A stretch of DNA of 63,814 bases, counting the filler, from Syncephalis fuscata S228 (Eukaryota > Fungi > Zoopagomycota), in NCBI GenBank assembly GCA_025786725.1. It is 5 parts of 5 records of this genome, joined end to end, with 100 filler letters (N's around TTAATTAATTAA, not from the genome) between each part and the next. Parts side by side here need not be neighbours in the genome. Positions count along the whole stretch, not along the records: positions 37,493 to 54,797 come from JAHLTZ010000195.1; 4 more parts are not named here. One strand, given 5' to 3'. The notes beneath the pieces are model-generated. The model was given only the letters and a program-made list of their open reading frames with translations, made no database searches and was not told where the DNA came from. Shown in pieces: positions 37,393-52,752 of the stretch. Each line of letters starts with the position of its first letter. The stretch's first letter is position 1. A program made the translations under genes and the position numbers.

Positions 37393-37492
37393 NNNNNNNN
37401 NNNNNNNNNNNNNNNNNNNNNNNNNNNNNNNNNNNNTTAATTAATTAANNNNNNNNNNNNNNNNNNNNNNNNNNNNNNNNNNNNNNNNNNNN
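37393..37492. other. Artificial contig linker
   Basis: N-run + TTAATTAATTAA + N-run. Confidence 0.97.
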
Positions 37493-38705
37493 TCGTCCAT
37501 GCAATGCGCACTACTCATTGCCACGCGATTGACTAACCATGCCGAAAAATGACGTAATTTAGCCGTCATGATGATTACCACAATAGGCCTACCAGTATTT
37601 CAAAAATAGTTGTATCGATGTCATGTACAAACATAGCAGTAAACTATTTGATATAAAGCTAATCTACCGTCTATTTTTACCTCAAAACACATGATGTGCT
37701 TCATCAGTGTTTGATTTTCTGTTCCAAAAACAGCTATGAGGGAATAATTTGCAACATCGTATTATGCCATTTACTCGCTTGCACATGCCACTCCTACCAA
37801 CTATAGATAGCTAAACATGCTGGCGATCATACCATTTACAACTATAGAATTATAGCTCGTGCTAATGCCGTTGCTAGCCTGTCTAGCTTTGAAACAACTA
37901 GTGTGGTTAATAATAGCAAATTGGTCGAACCAACTGCTTATTATAAGATGTTTGCCTAGACAATGGCCTTAAAATAAGTTTAAAATAAATATTCACTGTA
38001 CCAAAAAAAGATTCTACATTTAAAAAAAATAATAGACAATGTTATTGGTAGCGTGAATGGACTAACGTAGCACGGATTAGTCTGTCTGTTTCAGGTATTC
38101 TTCAGTTCTTTGTTTTAGCATAGGCCAGGACTGTCTTTCTTATTGGAACAACCAAGCAATAGTGATACTGTACTGCTTAGCAAGAGTATCAGCCGTTGTT
38201 TCTCACATCTCATTATCCGTATTCACGTTTGTAGCTTGCAACTCCGCACTCTCCCTTCCCTTTCCTTCCTTTGCCTGTCTATCTACTTGTCTTCAAAGAA
38301 ACGGGCTGCCACATCCTTTGGCAGCCTAATGCAAAACGCTCCGATCTTTAAAAACCGCACAGATTACAGACGGCTATCGTTTTAGTTTCAGTACTCAGAT
38401 TTTGATCTATTGTCCACAGCACATACTCACCCACTCATTCACTTGCTCAAATTACCTATATCATTTATATCGCATCTTGCTCACACACTCATCCGATCAT
38501 TTGCTTTCTTCAAATTTCTTTGCAGATCGTATCTGTTATTTACATCTGCAATTAGCCATCGCGTATCTTTTTTGTTTCTATCATCGTTCTTTTGCTGTAT
38601 TCAACGCCATTTCTATCTAGTAACGTGTAGTGTTATTGTATTTACACCATCTACTTTTAACTGTGCACTCAAATGCCTGTAGCCGCTCGTTTTTTTTCAC
38701 AAAAA

Positions 38706-39615
38706 ATGCACTATAACCCATCCAACGCAAACAATCGACCAAGACACGCTTTTCTTTACGCTCCCGAGGAATACACTCGAATGGAACGACAGGAACAGTC
38801 AGTAATGGATTGTATACCAACTTTAACAGCGCAAAAAGAGTTTCCTGCCTATCTTCATCGTTTAAAGATACCCATCATCAATAAGGATTTGAATAAAACA
38901 CCACGATCAGCCATTGATAGGTAAGCATTATTTTATTAGTATCAAAATGCTTTTCGTCCATTTTTAAACAATCGTAACTAATCCACTATCTTTTTCTAGG
39001 TGGGAAAATCAACAATTGCCCAGTGCGAGTGCCAATGAGGACATCCATGAAATGGGCCATCAGCGGAGTTTTGCTCCACGACGACGACTTTACCGGTCAA
39101 AGTCAATGCCAAATCTTGCCGAACCAACGGCTTTTCCCTCATCGTATAACGATGCTACGCCTGCTTCATTTTCAATGACAAAACCTCGGTTGAATGATCG
39201 ACAGACGGCGGACCAGTATGAACAAATAAGTACTAATGGCCTAGATCCACGTATTGTACTATCTCCTGTGCCACCACGTCGTTGTTCATTGGCCATGCAT
39301 CCAGGTCATTTAGCGAATCGTGGTCGAAGGCAATCATCGCCCGCCACCACCACAATAAAGCGACCAAATCCTGGACGTTTCCTAGTAACGTCAAACATGG
39401 ATTTACTTGTTGAGTTTGGCCAAACAACAATAGCAACCATGCCAATGGTGTCGGACAATGCCGCCATTGGTGTGCCGTGCGATTTGCCATTCAATAGCGA
39501 ACCGGCTTTGGTTGAGCCAGAACACTACTCCTACATGTCAATGCGCAAGCCATCAATGCTCTCTCGTCTATTTGCTGAAAAAGAATCCAGAATTGATTGG
39601 CAACAGTCATACTAA
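38706..39615 (+). CDS. Hypothetical, probably disordered protein, 2 exons
   Basis: ATG 38706; intron 38921-38999 joins the two ORFs in frame; S/P/R-rich (RSKSMPNL, PPRRCSL). Confidence 0.65.
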
Positions 39616-40095
39616 ACAAAAATACGCATTGTTCACGTTTAATTATCTTTATTGTACCTTCATTTGCCATAACAAAAAATTCCAATTATCCATCCTAGCC
39701 ACTATCATTTATATTCTTTTTGTATTCTGGTTTTCTTGCTAATTAAAGATGAACATTAAATTATCATACACTTACGTTATCCACCGTGTAATATACGCCA
39801 TATTCATTTTTAAAACCATGTCATAAGAAATAACAACATAGGACTGGTAAATGGCGTGCAGCCTTCTATTTTTGTAACATCTATGGTTCACTCACAGCAG
39901 CATGGTTTCGTCTTTGCTACATAATGCATCCACGGTGTAAGACTGCGACATTCGCGCACTCATTCCTTGAATTGCACTGTATGACCTTACACGCTTTCGT
40001 CTTCTACCACCACTACTCAACTCGAACAACACCATTAACTGTAGCAATTACAGGCGTAGTAATTTGTAGCTATTCTACCTATTATCTACAACGTG

Positions 40096-41218
40096 ATGTC
40101 TACTAAAATGCCTCGATCGTCAACAGCGGTTATTCATGCAACGCAACCAGCGCCTAATTATGCCGCGTTACTTGAAGATACGCCTGTTCACCAATTATTA
40201 CTAGAAAAGAAAAACGCCATTCCGCTGGTGGCGGTACCTGCTACAACAAGTATCGAGGACGTATTTGACTGCTTACTTGGGCAGGACGTTACATCAGTCC
40301 CTATCTACACTACACAAGATAATAGCACCAATATTAGTTATATTGGATTTATAAGTGCCTATGATTTACTCGTCTATCTTTCAGATGATGTAAGTAGCTC
40401 TGCAACTACTAGATGGGCTAACTCACGCTCACACTCACACATTACTATAGCTTGATCTCGGCGAGGAAGCTGTCGACTGGATTGGCAATGCGCCTAATGA
40501 TACGACAGCCAGTCGGCTGACCAGTGCTTTGCAGCAACCGGTGCTATCTGTCGTGAACCGGCTTGGTCTAGGCGCCAAAGTACTGACCATTTCACCAAGT
40601 GACTCGGTACAAACACTGCTAAAGCTACTTACTCAGCACGGCCAGCATCATGCTATTGTACAGCTGGATACAGATGCCAATCAGAAACATACAGCAAGCT
40701 ATCCATTGCCGTGTGTTATTACTCAAACGGATCTAGGTCGGTTTTTAGCACAAAATTTCCATCAGCTTGGTGATGTGTTGGATCTTTCGGTAAAGCAGGC
40801 TGCTGAACGTCGACCTATTCCCCATTTACCGGTCACTGTACAGGTCAATACGACAGCTGGTGCTGTTTTCCGTCGACTCAGTGATCTATTAGCGAGTAAT
40901 CGTGCACCTAACGAAGGCGGAGGTGCCATTGCTGTCGTTGATGATCTGGGTGGTGTAGTGGCAGAATGCTCGGCCGCTGAGTTACGGGGTCTTAATCCAA
41001 ATCGTATTAGCGAGCTTCGTCGACCGATTCTAGTTTACTTAAGGGAGCGTGCTGGTGGAATGCTGCCTCGACCATTTATTTGCTGGCCCAATTTCACGTT
41101 GACTCAATGTCTTGCAGGCATGGTACGTCTTGGTGTACGGCGTGCCTGGCTAGTTAATGATTCGGGTGTTTTAAAACGCGTAGTAACACTGTCCGATATC
41201 CTACGGCTATTTGTCTAA
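40096..41218 (+). CDS. CBS-domain protein (Sds23/AMPK-gamma-like), 2 exons
   Basis: Intron 40390-40450 is phase 0 and joins the frames; CBS repeats 'TSVPIY...YIGFISAYDLL', 'VITQTDL', 'AIAVVDD', 'VRRAWLVNDSGVLKRVVTLSDIL'. Confidence 0.85.
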
Positions 41219-41726
41219 TAGCATACCCGAACAAAGTACATATGAATTATCGGTTGTATTTGGTGACTATAAGCCAATAAATAGCTATACTGTTTGTAAA
41301 CTTGTTAATCATGAGCACAGATAATGTTATATTTATTTTGATTCATAAGTATTATTTTCTATCTAATAAATATATATCTAAATAAACTGGATAGTTGAAG
41401 TATTCATTTATTGATAGATGTGCCTTTATAGTTTTTAAACATAAATCTGTGCACATAACGTATACATACATACATATATATAATGAAGAGAATACCACTG
41501 AACAATATCAATAATGTTATAGCAACCAACGAATCATTAAAATTTATTTTAGATTGTTGTTCCACGCATCTCACATCCAATGACGAATAGGCCTTTTTGT
41601 TATACCGGCTCTTTAAATAGCAGTGTTGCGTATTAAATGGCTTGTATCATTGGAATTCTTTCATATTTGTAGTGTTGCAATATTTTACTACTGTAGTCAT
41701 TCCATTAGTATATCTTAACCAGTACT

Positions 41727-42980
41727 ATGACACTTTCTACTGTCGCTCAAGGTGTTTGCCAAGTAGCTGCCAGTCGCGGCCCACGGCCGTTGAATATATC
41801 ATATGAAGTATATGGTACTGGAACACAACGGGTTATCCTTATCATGGGTATGACATTAATAGTAACATTTATGACAATCAAAGCAGCAAGCAACATTCAT
41901 TAATAAAAAATAATAGGTATTGGACGTGTTGGTAAAGCATGGCTACCGCAAGTACAATTTCTAGCACAGCACGATTTCCAAGCATGTATATTTGATAATC
42001 GTGGTGTAGGCAACTCTGGTAAGTGGACTATATAAATAGTCAAATCAACATGGCTGATTTCTTTTAAATTATTAGATGTTCCTGATGAATTTTATACGCA
42101 AGTAAAACGTAGATATTAAAACGCACGTATTAATTGGCTTTTTATTTATAATATAGTATCAATAACATGGCAATGGACACCATAGAGTTGCTCAATCATT
42201 TAGGATGGACGTCTGATGTACATCTTATTGGAACCAGTATGGGTGGTCTTATTGCACAAATACTAGCCAGCGAGTATCCACAGTATTTTAAGTCTGTGTG
42301 CCTAACAAGCACTTTTATTGGCATCGATGGTCCAGAAGTACGTTAAAATTTTCATGAAATGATGATGAATTGATACTTTGTTGTATCGTGCTAATTCAAA
42401 ATATCTAGAACTCAAGTTTAAATGAGCGTTTAAAAGTAGGAGCACAGCTAGATCCACTAACACGCGCTAAACAATTTCAAGATTATGTTTTTCCTGCTGT
42501 AAGTTGTCAATTGCAATACAAGATAGTTGATCAATACTAATTAAATTTAGGAATGGTCTGATTCTCCCTCAGCAGCGGATCCTACCAAAACCAATCGAGA
42601 ATTTCTACTAGAGGTACTTAATATACAATAATGCTTATTAGCTGTAATATTAATAGGTAATATCTGCTTAGCTGGCGCGTTCAATTGATCCCAATGACTA
42701 TGATAAAATAGGCAAAGGTTATCAGGGACAATATAATGCTATTGCTACTCCCTACATGACTGAAGAAAAGTTGATCAGGATTCGAGACAGCAATTTAAAA
42801 GTGCTTGTTTGCACTGGAGATATAGATAATCTAGTACCACTAGCCAATTCTGAACATATTGCCAAAATTTTACTGGCACCGCTGAAGATATTTAAGGGCT
42901 GTGGCCATCGCAGCCACGCACAGGAGGCGGACCAATATAACGATGTCCTTTTGGAGTTTATTTGCAATTCATCTGTTTGA
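41727..42980 (+). CDS. Alpha/beta-fold hydrolase, multi-exon
   Basis: ISYEVYGTG...LIMG, FDNRGVGNS, nucleophile elbow HLIGTSMGG, TGDIDNLVP, GCGH. Confidence 0.88.
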
Positions 42981-44116
42981 AATTTACTCGTTATTAAAAT
43001 TAGTATAATCCCATTAATTAATATTCTAAAAACACAAATACAAAGCAATAGCATAGGTCCATTATTGTTGTATGTTTCTCACACGTAAAGTAGGTAGCAT
43101 ATAATAAAATTATTGATAAAAACACAATAGCGAGTAAATAGTAATACTACTATTTTTTATAAAATTAATAAATTTATTCAGCATTATATAACTATACTGA
43201 TTGTAATAGAAAAATAATTAGGTTTTTATGCTAAACATGTTTTGGCTAATTAGTATTGCTGTGCCACTCACATTAACGTCGAAATCTATAAGGGCTATAC
43301 AACAATTTACAAAGTCATTAATATGTTGATATATTTGTAATCAAACTAATATATGACTAAGCTCTTATTAACAAATATTATATTCAAATAATGTTTAAAG
43401 CGCCATCCACTCACTGTCAACGCTCTTTATTTACTGCATATAGTATTAATATGCTATTTTTTAATCCGATTTTGCGCTGAAACAGGCCAGTTCTTGGCTT
43501 ATTTACAGAACTATTTGTTAAATACCAATGCCAATAGATTTTTGATTATGTTGTCATGAGCAAATTCATAAAGGTGCGATAATGGTATGTAAAGTTATGC
43601 ACACATTTTCAGAACAAAGAAACAACTCAAACTGCATGCATAATTGGTACTACCATGATGTTGAACATTTCCATGCAAGTCCATAAGCGCAATAATAATG
43701 TCGCTAGATTTATTATGTCGTTTTAATGTTGCTTACAATAATAAATTTGAAATTCTGAATGCTGTAAAGCAATAGTTTTATTAAACATACGAGAAACACA
43801 ATTACATTCATATTTGGAATACTATTTCATTTAGCTTGCAACTTATGCATATGAATATGCATCCCAATAGCCTGCTGACCTTTGGATCAATGTTCCAAGT
43901 GTAACAATATTTGCATTCCACAATAGCCTATGTTGCAAATAAAATTACTAGCTATTAGTTTACTGATATTTGATGCACATCAATGTAAAAGGCCTGTGTT
44001 ATAAAACTAATTATACTTACATATAAATTTTTATAAAGCTATATGGCTATCTACTATATAATAATACAATATCCATTGATAACATAGCCTTATTACTTTC
44101 TATCTTGATTTTCAAC

Positions 44117-45992
44117 ATGCTATTTTTAAAATACCAACAACTGATCTTATTGCTATTTACTTGTATATCGATACAAACCAATTACGTTTGTGCAAAACTC
44201 ATATTTTACAATAATACCAGCCAATCAGTACCCTATAATTTAACTGGTATATACCTTTATCCAAGATCTTATCAGCAGCATTATGAGAGCGTTGCACTTT
44301 TATGGAATCTTTCTGAGCATACAAAATCAACTACTTCATGCTTTCGACCCAGAGATCCGAAATATTGCCAACAATGCATATAAATATCGAGATTTTGCAA
44401 TTATAATAAATTATAAATATTTTATAAAGGATTACTGCAACAATAAAGAGAAAGTAAGTGTTTTATTATTATATATTCATGTGCATGTGTTCTAATTATA
44501 TTTCAGGTTAGTCAGGCGATAGATGAATTAATTCGGCAATTATCATGGGCAGGATTTCCTCCAATTAAGCTGCTTATTTTATCCAAGTATTGGGCACCAA
44601 ATTTTATTCAGGTTACGATTATGTAATGGGATTTCATGAAGATATTATAAGTGGAGTTACAGGATTAGACTCAATAACTATATCAACAGCGCGGATATAT
44701 GTTGCCCCAGAAGATATGACAAAGCCTAATGCTTACACAGTCCTTCGTTATACTGCCCAATTAGGTAAATTAGTTAAAATATCTGCTATATCAATGCTGA
44801 ACTGTTAATAGAACCCGAAGAATGGAATGCAGTGTTGTTTTCAAAAACATATATTGCTTACAAATGGATATATTTTACATTGGCAAGTAGAGGAATTAAA
44901 TGCGTATATAATTTTAATTGTATTGTTACAGGTGTTAATTGCTCTGTTATATACGTGTGCTCGTATTATAAGACTGGCAATATTTAAGCTGCTAAAGTGG
45001 AATTTACTTTTAGTTGCATTTGCCATCAGTATTGTATACTGTATTTGTAAGTAAATTTAGTTCAGCTTAAATGTATAACTTATGATTATATCTAGTTTTC
45101 TTAATACACCTGGCTGTCCTACAAAAAGCATACCAACCATCAACTGTTTTATATGTTTATGTTTTCTTAGCAGGAATACCTTTTGATATAATAATTATGC
45201 ATTGGTATGTGCTTGCTGTACTATACTAATATAATGTCTAATAACTAGTTCCCAGGTCAATTATTGGCAAACGTTTGTTTTCAGTAATGATGATGATACC
45301 TTTTTGGCTTATTATCATGATTGATGCTATAGTAACCATTCTAAGGGCTTTTAGCATAATACATGTCATTAATTTAGGCATCAAAAGTATTTATTTCTTA
45401 CCAGATGAAGATTCTACTATTGAATCTATGCGACGTATTCTGTCATGGATTGCTACTGCAGTCTTTGGTGGATTTTGTAAGCCAATATATACATTGATGT
45501 ATCCAATCTAACTTAATTTTATTCAATAGTACTATGGTTTGGATTCATTTCCTACAGGCTTAGAAAGCATTTCGATGGTCGTCGTAAATTCATACAGGTG
45601 GGTTATTTAATAAAGTCGGTGCGTTAGGTTATAGTAATTGTATATTGCATTAGATGGCATGCCTTACTGTAATAGCTCTTTCCACATATCTAGTATTTCC
45701 GTTTCGTTACGCCTTTTATCGCGCAGATTCGATGAACCTAAGTCCCACTGAAGCATATGAAATAGATTTTATGTTTGATACAGCCTATATGGCCCGCGCA
45801 CTTGTATTCTTATCAATTCTTGGCATACAATGGCCATATCCACCAAAATTAACTGAACCAGAGATACGGGAGCCACTTGGTGGAATGACAACTATTGAAC
45901 GCAACACAAATGTAGGAGCAACCTCAACATACTGGCAATTGACTCGTGATTTTACAAAGAAGCATTTAAACTTTGAACATCGGCGCGAATAA
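44117..45992 (+). pseudogene. Signal peptide + ectodomain + multi-TM receptor-like gene, copy 1 (frameshifted)
   Basis: Exon-by-exon paralog of copy 2; frame breaks near 44310-44340 and near 44582 relative to copy 2. Confidence 0.7.
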
Positions 45993-47396
45993 TCATTTGA
46001 CTCGTGTCTTTTGAATGTAAATAATAAATAATGAATAGCTACTGCTGTATTTAGTATTTGATTATTTAGTTATAAATTAATGTTTGTCGATAATAGCTGT
46101 AATTATAAAAAAATAAATTATATAAACGCTTAGCTTAATAATTTTACTTATAACTAAAATTGAAATTAGTCAGTTTATTGATAGTGAGAATAGTCTAGCT
46201 GTTATTAATTATGAATCTACAAGCTAAAATTGAATACAAAATTAAACAGATAAGCTATTGCCAAACTCATTATACTTGAATTTTTGCTTTAACATATTGG
46301 TATTAATCATAATTTAAATGCTTGACATTACTACATGATTTAAAATAGTGCCAAATACATAAAATTTAAATAGCAGCTTACAAAAGTATTAAGTCATTAA
46401 TGCATGTCTATTCAAGTTAACACGTGAGTTTTATTGAGTCATACTGCATCCAAGTGATATTCAAGGCGTCGTACAGCCTATTGTCAGCACATTTTGACCC
46501 ATGAGGAATGTACCATTCAAAAAATTAATGCCACTGCTTTTAACCTTTAAAACGCTGTTTCTGAATCTAGTTCTGCGCACAAGTAAGCCAGTCCTTAACA
46601 TGTTTTCAAAGAATATGCAATAAATACCGATTTTAGTAAGTTTGGGCCATGATTTCGTCAGTAAGCTCATGTAATTGCAAAATAATAGTGTAAGCTTAGG
46701 CATGCGTTTTAAGAACAAAGAAACTGTTCAAGTTGGATATGAAATTGGTACCACCATACTGTTAAACACCGTCCATGTGAAAATGGGCGCGTTGCACCCG
46801 CATAGATGCTATAACATCGTTGTGCTCTGGGGGTAAACAACACGGATATCACTCAAAGGCGAGTATGACTGGCAATAGGAAACCAATCAACGCTAACGAT
46901 ACTGCTATTCCAGGTTTTACCTGTAATGGGGAGTTATATATGTGTAAATGAAAGGAGTTTATTAGGTAAAGGGAGAAACAGAAAGGCAAGGAACAACTAA
47001 CTATAGGCGTTGTTTTGGACTTGGAGGAAAGTTGTTTAACGTCACTAACCAGTTTTCAAAATCAGCTTTGCAAATACGTTCCATGCATAGCATACTTTGA
47101 CTACTTATCAATAGTTTATTTCACCACCATTTTGTGTTTTTTATCAAGTATAAACCTTGTATAAATTTAAATAATAAATTGGCTGTTTATATATACATTT
47201 TGGCATAACATTATTTACGTACAAAAATGCTAGCCATTAGTTTCACGATATTGCGTGTGCCGATGTAAGAGGCCTATTATAAAAACCGGTTTCCATTTAC
47301 ATGCATCTTTCTGGAAGCATGCGATTAGTAACTATATAATGGTGCAATCCAGTCTATTGAGCATGTAACTGTATCGCTTTCTATTCTAATTTCAAC

Positions 47397-49255
47397 ATGT
47401 TCCTTTTAAGATTTCAACAACTGATTTTATTGATATTTATCTATATATCGGTACAGACCAATAATGCGCAAGCAAAAATTACTCTTTTTGATAGTGTCGG
47501 TGACCAAGAAACATTTAATTTAACGGATAGTTATTATTATCCGGAATATCAGCAGTATCGCTATGAAGGAATTGCTCTTATGTGGAGCGCCCTTGGTTTT
47601 AATGCAACAAACATGGAATGTGCTTTTCCGTCAGTTAATGCTTCTGCCCCAGCAATCCGAAATATTGCTAAGATTGCATCCAAGTACCAAGACTTTACAG
47701 TAATTGCAAGCAGATTTGCATCATATATTAATTGTAATACCGAAGAAGAAGTAAGTGTTTTTATTAGAAATGGATATATATATGTGCTGACTGTACTCCA
47801 GGGCAGTCGTGCGGTAAATAACTTGCTTCAGCAATTCTCACGCGCAGGATTTCCACCAGTCAAGCTATTTATTCTATATCCAAATAGGTCGGCATATTTT
47901 AGATTGGATTACGATTATGTTAGAAGTTACCGTGGAGAGTTACCATTTCAGTTTGCAGAATCAATCACCACTAAAAGAGCAACGATGGAGGAATCTGAAT
48001 CATTTAGCGAGAAAATGAGACATGAAAAATATAAAAGCTTTCATTATACTGCTGAAATAGGTAGGCCATTTAAAATACATATTATATCAATACTAAATTG
48101 TTGGTAGAACCCGACCAATGGAATGCCGTATTCTTTTCAAATGCATATCTCGCTTACAAATGGATGTACTTTATTATGGTAAATAGTAAAATCAAATATG
48201 TATATGTAATTCTTATTGTATTGCTATAGGTGTTAGTCGCTTTGTTATATGCGTGTGCTCGTATTATAAGACTGGCAAAATTTAAACTTTTAAAGCGGAA
48301 TCTACTTTTGGTTGCGTTTGTTTTTGTTTTTATATACTGCATTTGTAAGTAAATTCAATCCGTCCTAAAACATACAATTTACGATTATGCACTAGTCTTC
48401 CTTATACACCTGGGTGCCCTACAGAAAGCATACATAGGGCTCTTCTGTTCCGACTTGTATATTCTTTTAGCAGGATTACCTTTTGATGTAATACTTTTAC
48501 ATTGGTATGTAATTGCTGTACATTAATAATATAATGTTTAACATTTTGGTTTTAGGTCATTCATTGGCAAAAATCTATTTTCAAAGATAATGATGATACC
48601 TTTTTGGCTTATTATTCTCACTGACAGTATAGTAAACATTCTCCGAATTGTATACAATATGTATGTCGTTTATTCGGATTTAAACATTTTTTATACCCCG
48701 ACATACATGGTACTTTTTGGCGAAGAGATGCATAGTGCGCTGACATGGATTGCTATTGCAACATTTTCCGTACTTTGTAAGTCGATATAAACTAAATGAT
48801 CCAATTTAAGCCAACATCTATTTGATAGCATTATGGCTGGCATTCATATCCTATAAGCTTAGAAAACACTCCGATGGCTATCGCAAGTTTATAAAGGTAA
48901 AATATCTTATAAATTTACTTCATTAAACCGTAGTACTTATGCACCTCACTAGTTGGCATGTCTTACTTTGCTGGCCCTTCTCACATATATAGTGTTTCCA
49001 TTGATAATTTCATACTATCCCCCACAAGAGTACCTTTTAAAACCGAATGAAGTGTTTAAGATTGACTTTATGCATGATACTGCTTATATGATCCGTGCGC
49101 TTATATTTTTATCAGCACTTGGTACAAAATGGCCATATTCGCCAAAGTTGACTGAACCAAAAATACGGGAACCACTTGGTGGATTGACAACTATAGGGGA
49201 ACATTCAACACACTGGCAATTGACCCGTAAAGTTACAAGGATGCTTAAACGATGA
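47397..49255 (+). CDS. Signal peptide + ectodomain + multi-TM (GPCR-like) protein, copy 2 (apparently intact)
   Basis: Signal peptide MFLLRFQQLILLIFIYISVQTNNAQA; conserved exons (EPDQWNAVFFS, PFDVILLHW); several hydrophobic helices; tail PKLTEPKIREPLGG. Confidence 0.7.
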
Positions 49256-49989
49256 GCATCAGTGTGAATAATGAATTAATTTATGGCTTTTAAATGTAAA
49301 TAATAAATAAGTATAGTTTCTATCATATTCAATCACCAATCTTAGTATTTAGCTTTAGTTATTTAGACTATGTACCATGTTCATCACTGTGCTACAGATA
49401 TAAAAATATAGGTTATATACACGTTTAACGCAATGTTTTATGTATAACCTACAGTTAATGAACTAGCTAGTTTATCAATGGTAAGTTGCGCTAATATATC
49501 TAAATCAAATATGGTTTGACTGCTTAACGATGGTATGTCAATTACTTCATATCGAGCATATATTATCCATGTACTACGAATGTAAAGGTTCGCATATTTT
49601 CAAAGGCATCTAATCAATTTGACTCGTGGCAACAGAGTTGGTATTATTATAAGGCTGAATATTGCACCATGTAAATCTGGAGGGTTGCAATAGCATGAAT
49701 ATTATAACATGTGTATGTCTGTTATATTCTGAATAATCAATAGGATATACATTTAAAATAGTACAATAAACGTTTATATGTAAATTTATTGCAGTGTTAT
49801 TTATCTACAAAATTGCTAGCTATTAATTCGTCTTAATATTGCCTTAACATCAAGGTAAAAAGCCTGTATTACAAAACCAGTTTATACTTGTATGTAATTT
49901 TCCATAAAGGTATATGACCATTTACTATATAATAATACAATTTAGCATATTCAAAATGCAGCTTTACTGCTTTCTATTCCGACTTCCAG

Positions 49990-51600
49990 CATACTTTTTT
50001 CAAAATACCAACAATTGGTTTTATTGTTTATTTATATATCGATACAAATCAATTATGTTTACGCAGAATTCATTTGTTACAATAATACCAACCAACCAAT
50101 ATCTTATCCTTTAACTGATTTATATTTGTATCCGGAGTCTTAGCACAATCATTATAAAGGCATCGCCCTTGTATGGAATTCTTTTAATCTTACAGAATCA
50201 AACACAAAATGCTCTTTTTCACCAGTTAATGCGTCCGACCCAACAATTCAAAATACTGCTAAAAGTGCATCTAAATATCCAGAATTTGCATTAATCATAG
50301 ATATAAATTCTTCTTATTCCATTTGCAAAGATAATAAACAAGTGTTTTCACTGTAATATAGATGTACATACTAACTGTACTTTGGCTTAGCCAAGCAATG
50401 AATAGTTTAATTCAGCAGTTATCACATGCAGAATTTTCACAAATCAAGCTGCTTATCCTATTTTTATATATGCAACCATATTCTTTTTTAAATTACAATT
50501 ATATTAAAACTTTTTTGACAATTCACAAAACGGATTTTCTGTATCAAGCTCAATTAGAAGAGCAACAATAAAAGTATCAGAATTTTTCAAGGCAAGAACA
50601 ACGTTTAAAAACTACACAAGCTTCCATTATATTGCTGAGACAGGTAAACAACTTGAAACACTTGTTATAGCAATACTAAATTGCTAATAGAACCCAATCC
50701 ATGGAATGAGATATACTCTTCGGACACATATTTCGTTTACAAGTGGGTATAATTTACCTTGGTAAGTAGCGAGACCAAACATGCACATATAATTTCAACT
50801 GTATTGTTACAGGTGTTGGGTGCTTTGTTGTATGCATGTACTCGTACTATAATGTTGGCAAGATTTAAGCTGTTGAAACGAAATCTGCTTTTGATTGCAT
50901 TTGTTATCGGCTTTATATGCTGCATCTGTAAGTAGATTTAGTATATTCTAGAATATACAACTAATAATCATATACTAGTTTTTCCTATACACTTGGCTGC
51001 TTTGCACAAACCATATTTATTACCAGTTTCTTTTTAAATTTACGTTTTTTTATCAGAAACACCTTTTGATATAATACTTTTGCATTGGTATGTAATTACT
51101 AAATCTTGACTATAAGATGTTTAATACTTAGTTTTAGGTCATTCATTGGCAAAAAGCTATTTTTAAAGATTATGATGATATCCGTTTGGCTCATTATTAT
51201 TATTGATACTGCAGTAAACATTATGCAAATTGCACGTTTAATAGTGCTGATTTGTCAGATTAATTATGGCTTTTTTTCACTGTTTCTCAATATTATTTTA
51301 ATAAATTTATATATATTGCGCTGTCATGGGTTGCTATTGCAACATTCTGTGGATTTGGTAAGTTAATATAAAGCTAATTAATCTAATTTATACTAAAACA
51401 TATTCAATAGTAATATGGTTTGGGATCATATCCTACAAACTTAGAAAGCATCCAAATGGCCGCCATAAATTCATACAGGTAGATTATTTGATAAAGTTGG
51501 TGCGTTAATCATAATACTTATATATTGAATTAAATGACATGCCTTACTGTATTGGCGCTTTTCACGTATATTACAAATACGATTAAGTGCCAATTATTGA
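49990..51600 (+). pseudogene. Copy 3 of the receptor-like gene, decayed
   Basis: Start ATG changed to ATA, in-frame TAG near 50141, frameshifts, truncated last exon; same exon layout as copies 1 and 2. Confidence 0.8.
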
Positions 51601-52752
51601 CGTAAATAATTAATTGGCCTATATTTTTTAAATGTAGATAGCAAAAGTAGTTGTCTTTACTTTATTTAGTCATCAGTATCTCTGCATTTAGTACAAATGG
51701 AATGCAGACAATTCATTTACCAATACTGCGCAACGATATTTTCTATAGTTTCATAATTTCAAATATTGTTAATGCTGTGCAACAATAGTTTAGTCGATAA
51801 TACTGTTACTGGTGTTACAAAAATTTAGCATTGGAATCTAGCGAACACCAGCATTTTTTGCTTTATTTGTATTACGCACACTGAAACTTGGTGTTCTATT
51901 ACCCACTTCAGTTGATAACATTAGCGCATTATGGCAAACTTAATATTAGTCACTTTTAATAGGATGCATGTTACAATATTTGATTTATATACTTGTACAA
52001 TAATAGTTTTATATCCAAACAACTGTCTATGTACTAGAAGCTAGCTAAACAGTCATGTCGCAATAGAAAAACTTGAATAATTTATTTAAATAAGTTAGTT
52101 GTTTATTTCTATAGTTATACAGTTTACTCATTAGTCTGTATTACAATCAAACAGAAAGAATAAATTAATTTGGTCGCACATACAATCTTGAAACAAACCA
52201 CGTTCTAAGCGATAATTGTATTTGGATTAAAATAACAGCTATAGTCGTGAATAAAAACTATTCCATATTCATTGAGACTAGCAGTCTCTATCATTAACTT
52301 AGTGCAGTGTTACTTATGCAAATAATAATGGCGTAAACATCAAAGTGCTAATAGTAATATGGTATTGATATTATTAGCAAATGAATTAGCGTAGTGAAAT
52401 AATAATGACCATACAGTTAACTTATTTAAGTTAAATGCTTGTGTTGATTATTATTATTAGGATTGTACTATCAATGCCCAATGTTTGGGACTTAACTAAT
52501 AGCAGTATTTTTATTGGTATATTACTATCCATACCATATTTAATCCAGCTATTGTTACATTTGTGTAAGATAAAGACACAAGTGAGTGGCATTAATTGTG
52601 TATTTTGGCAATATATAAACCAATAATTATGCCATTAAGCTAAATAGCAATATTTTTATTTAATAAGCTTATTTGATTCTCTGTTACGTATTGCCAACAA
52701 TTTAAACCGCAACAAATTACGTCAAATTTCTGTGAAAATAACATCAGAAATC

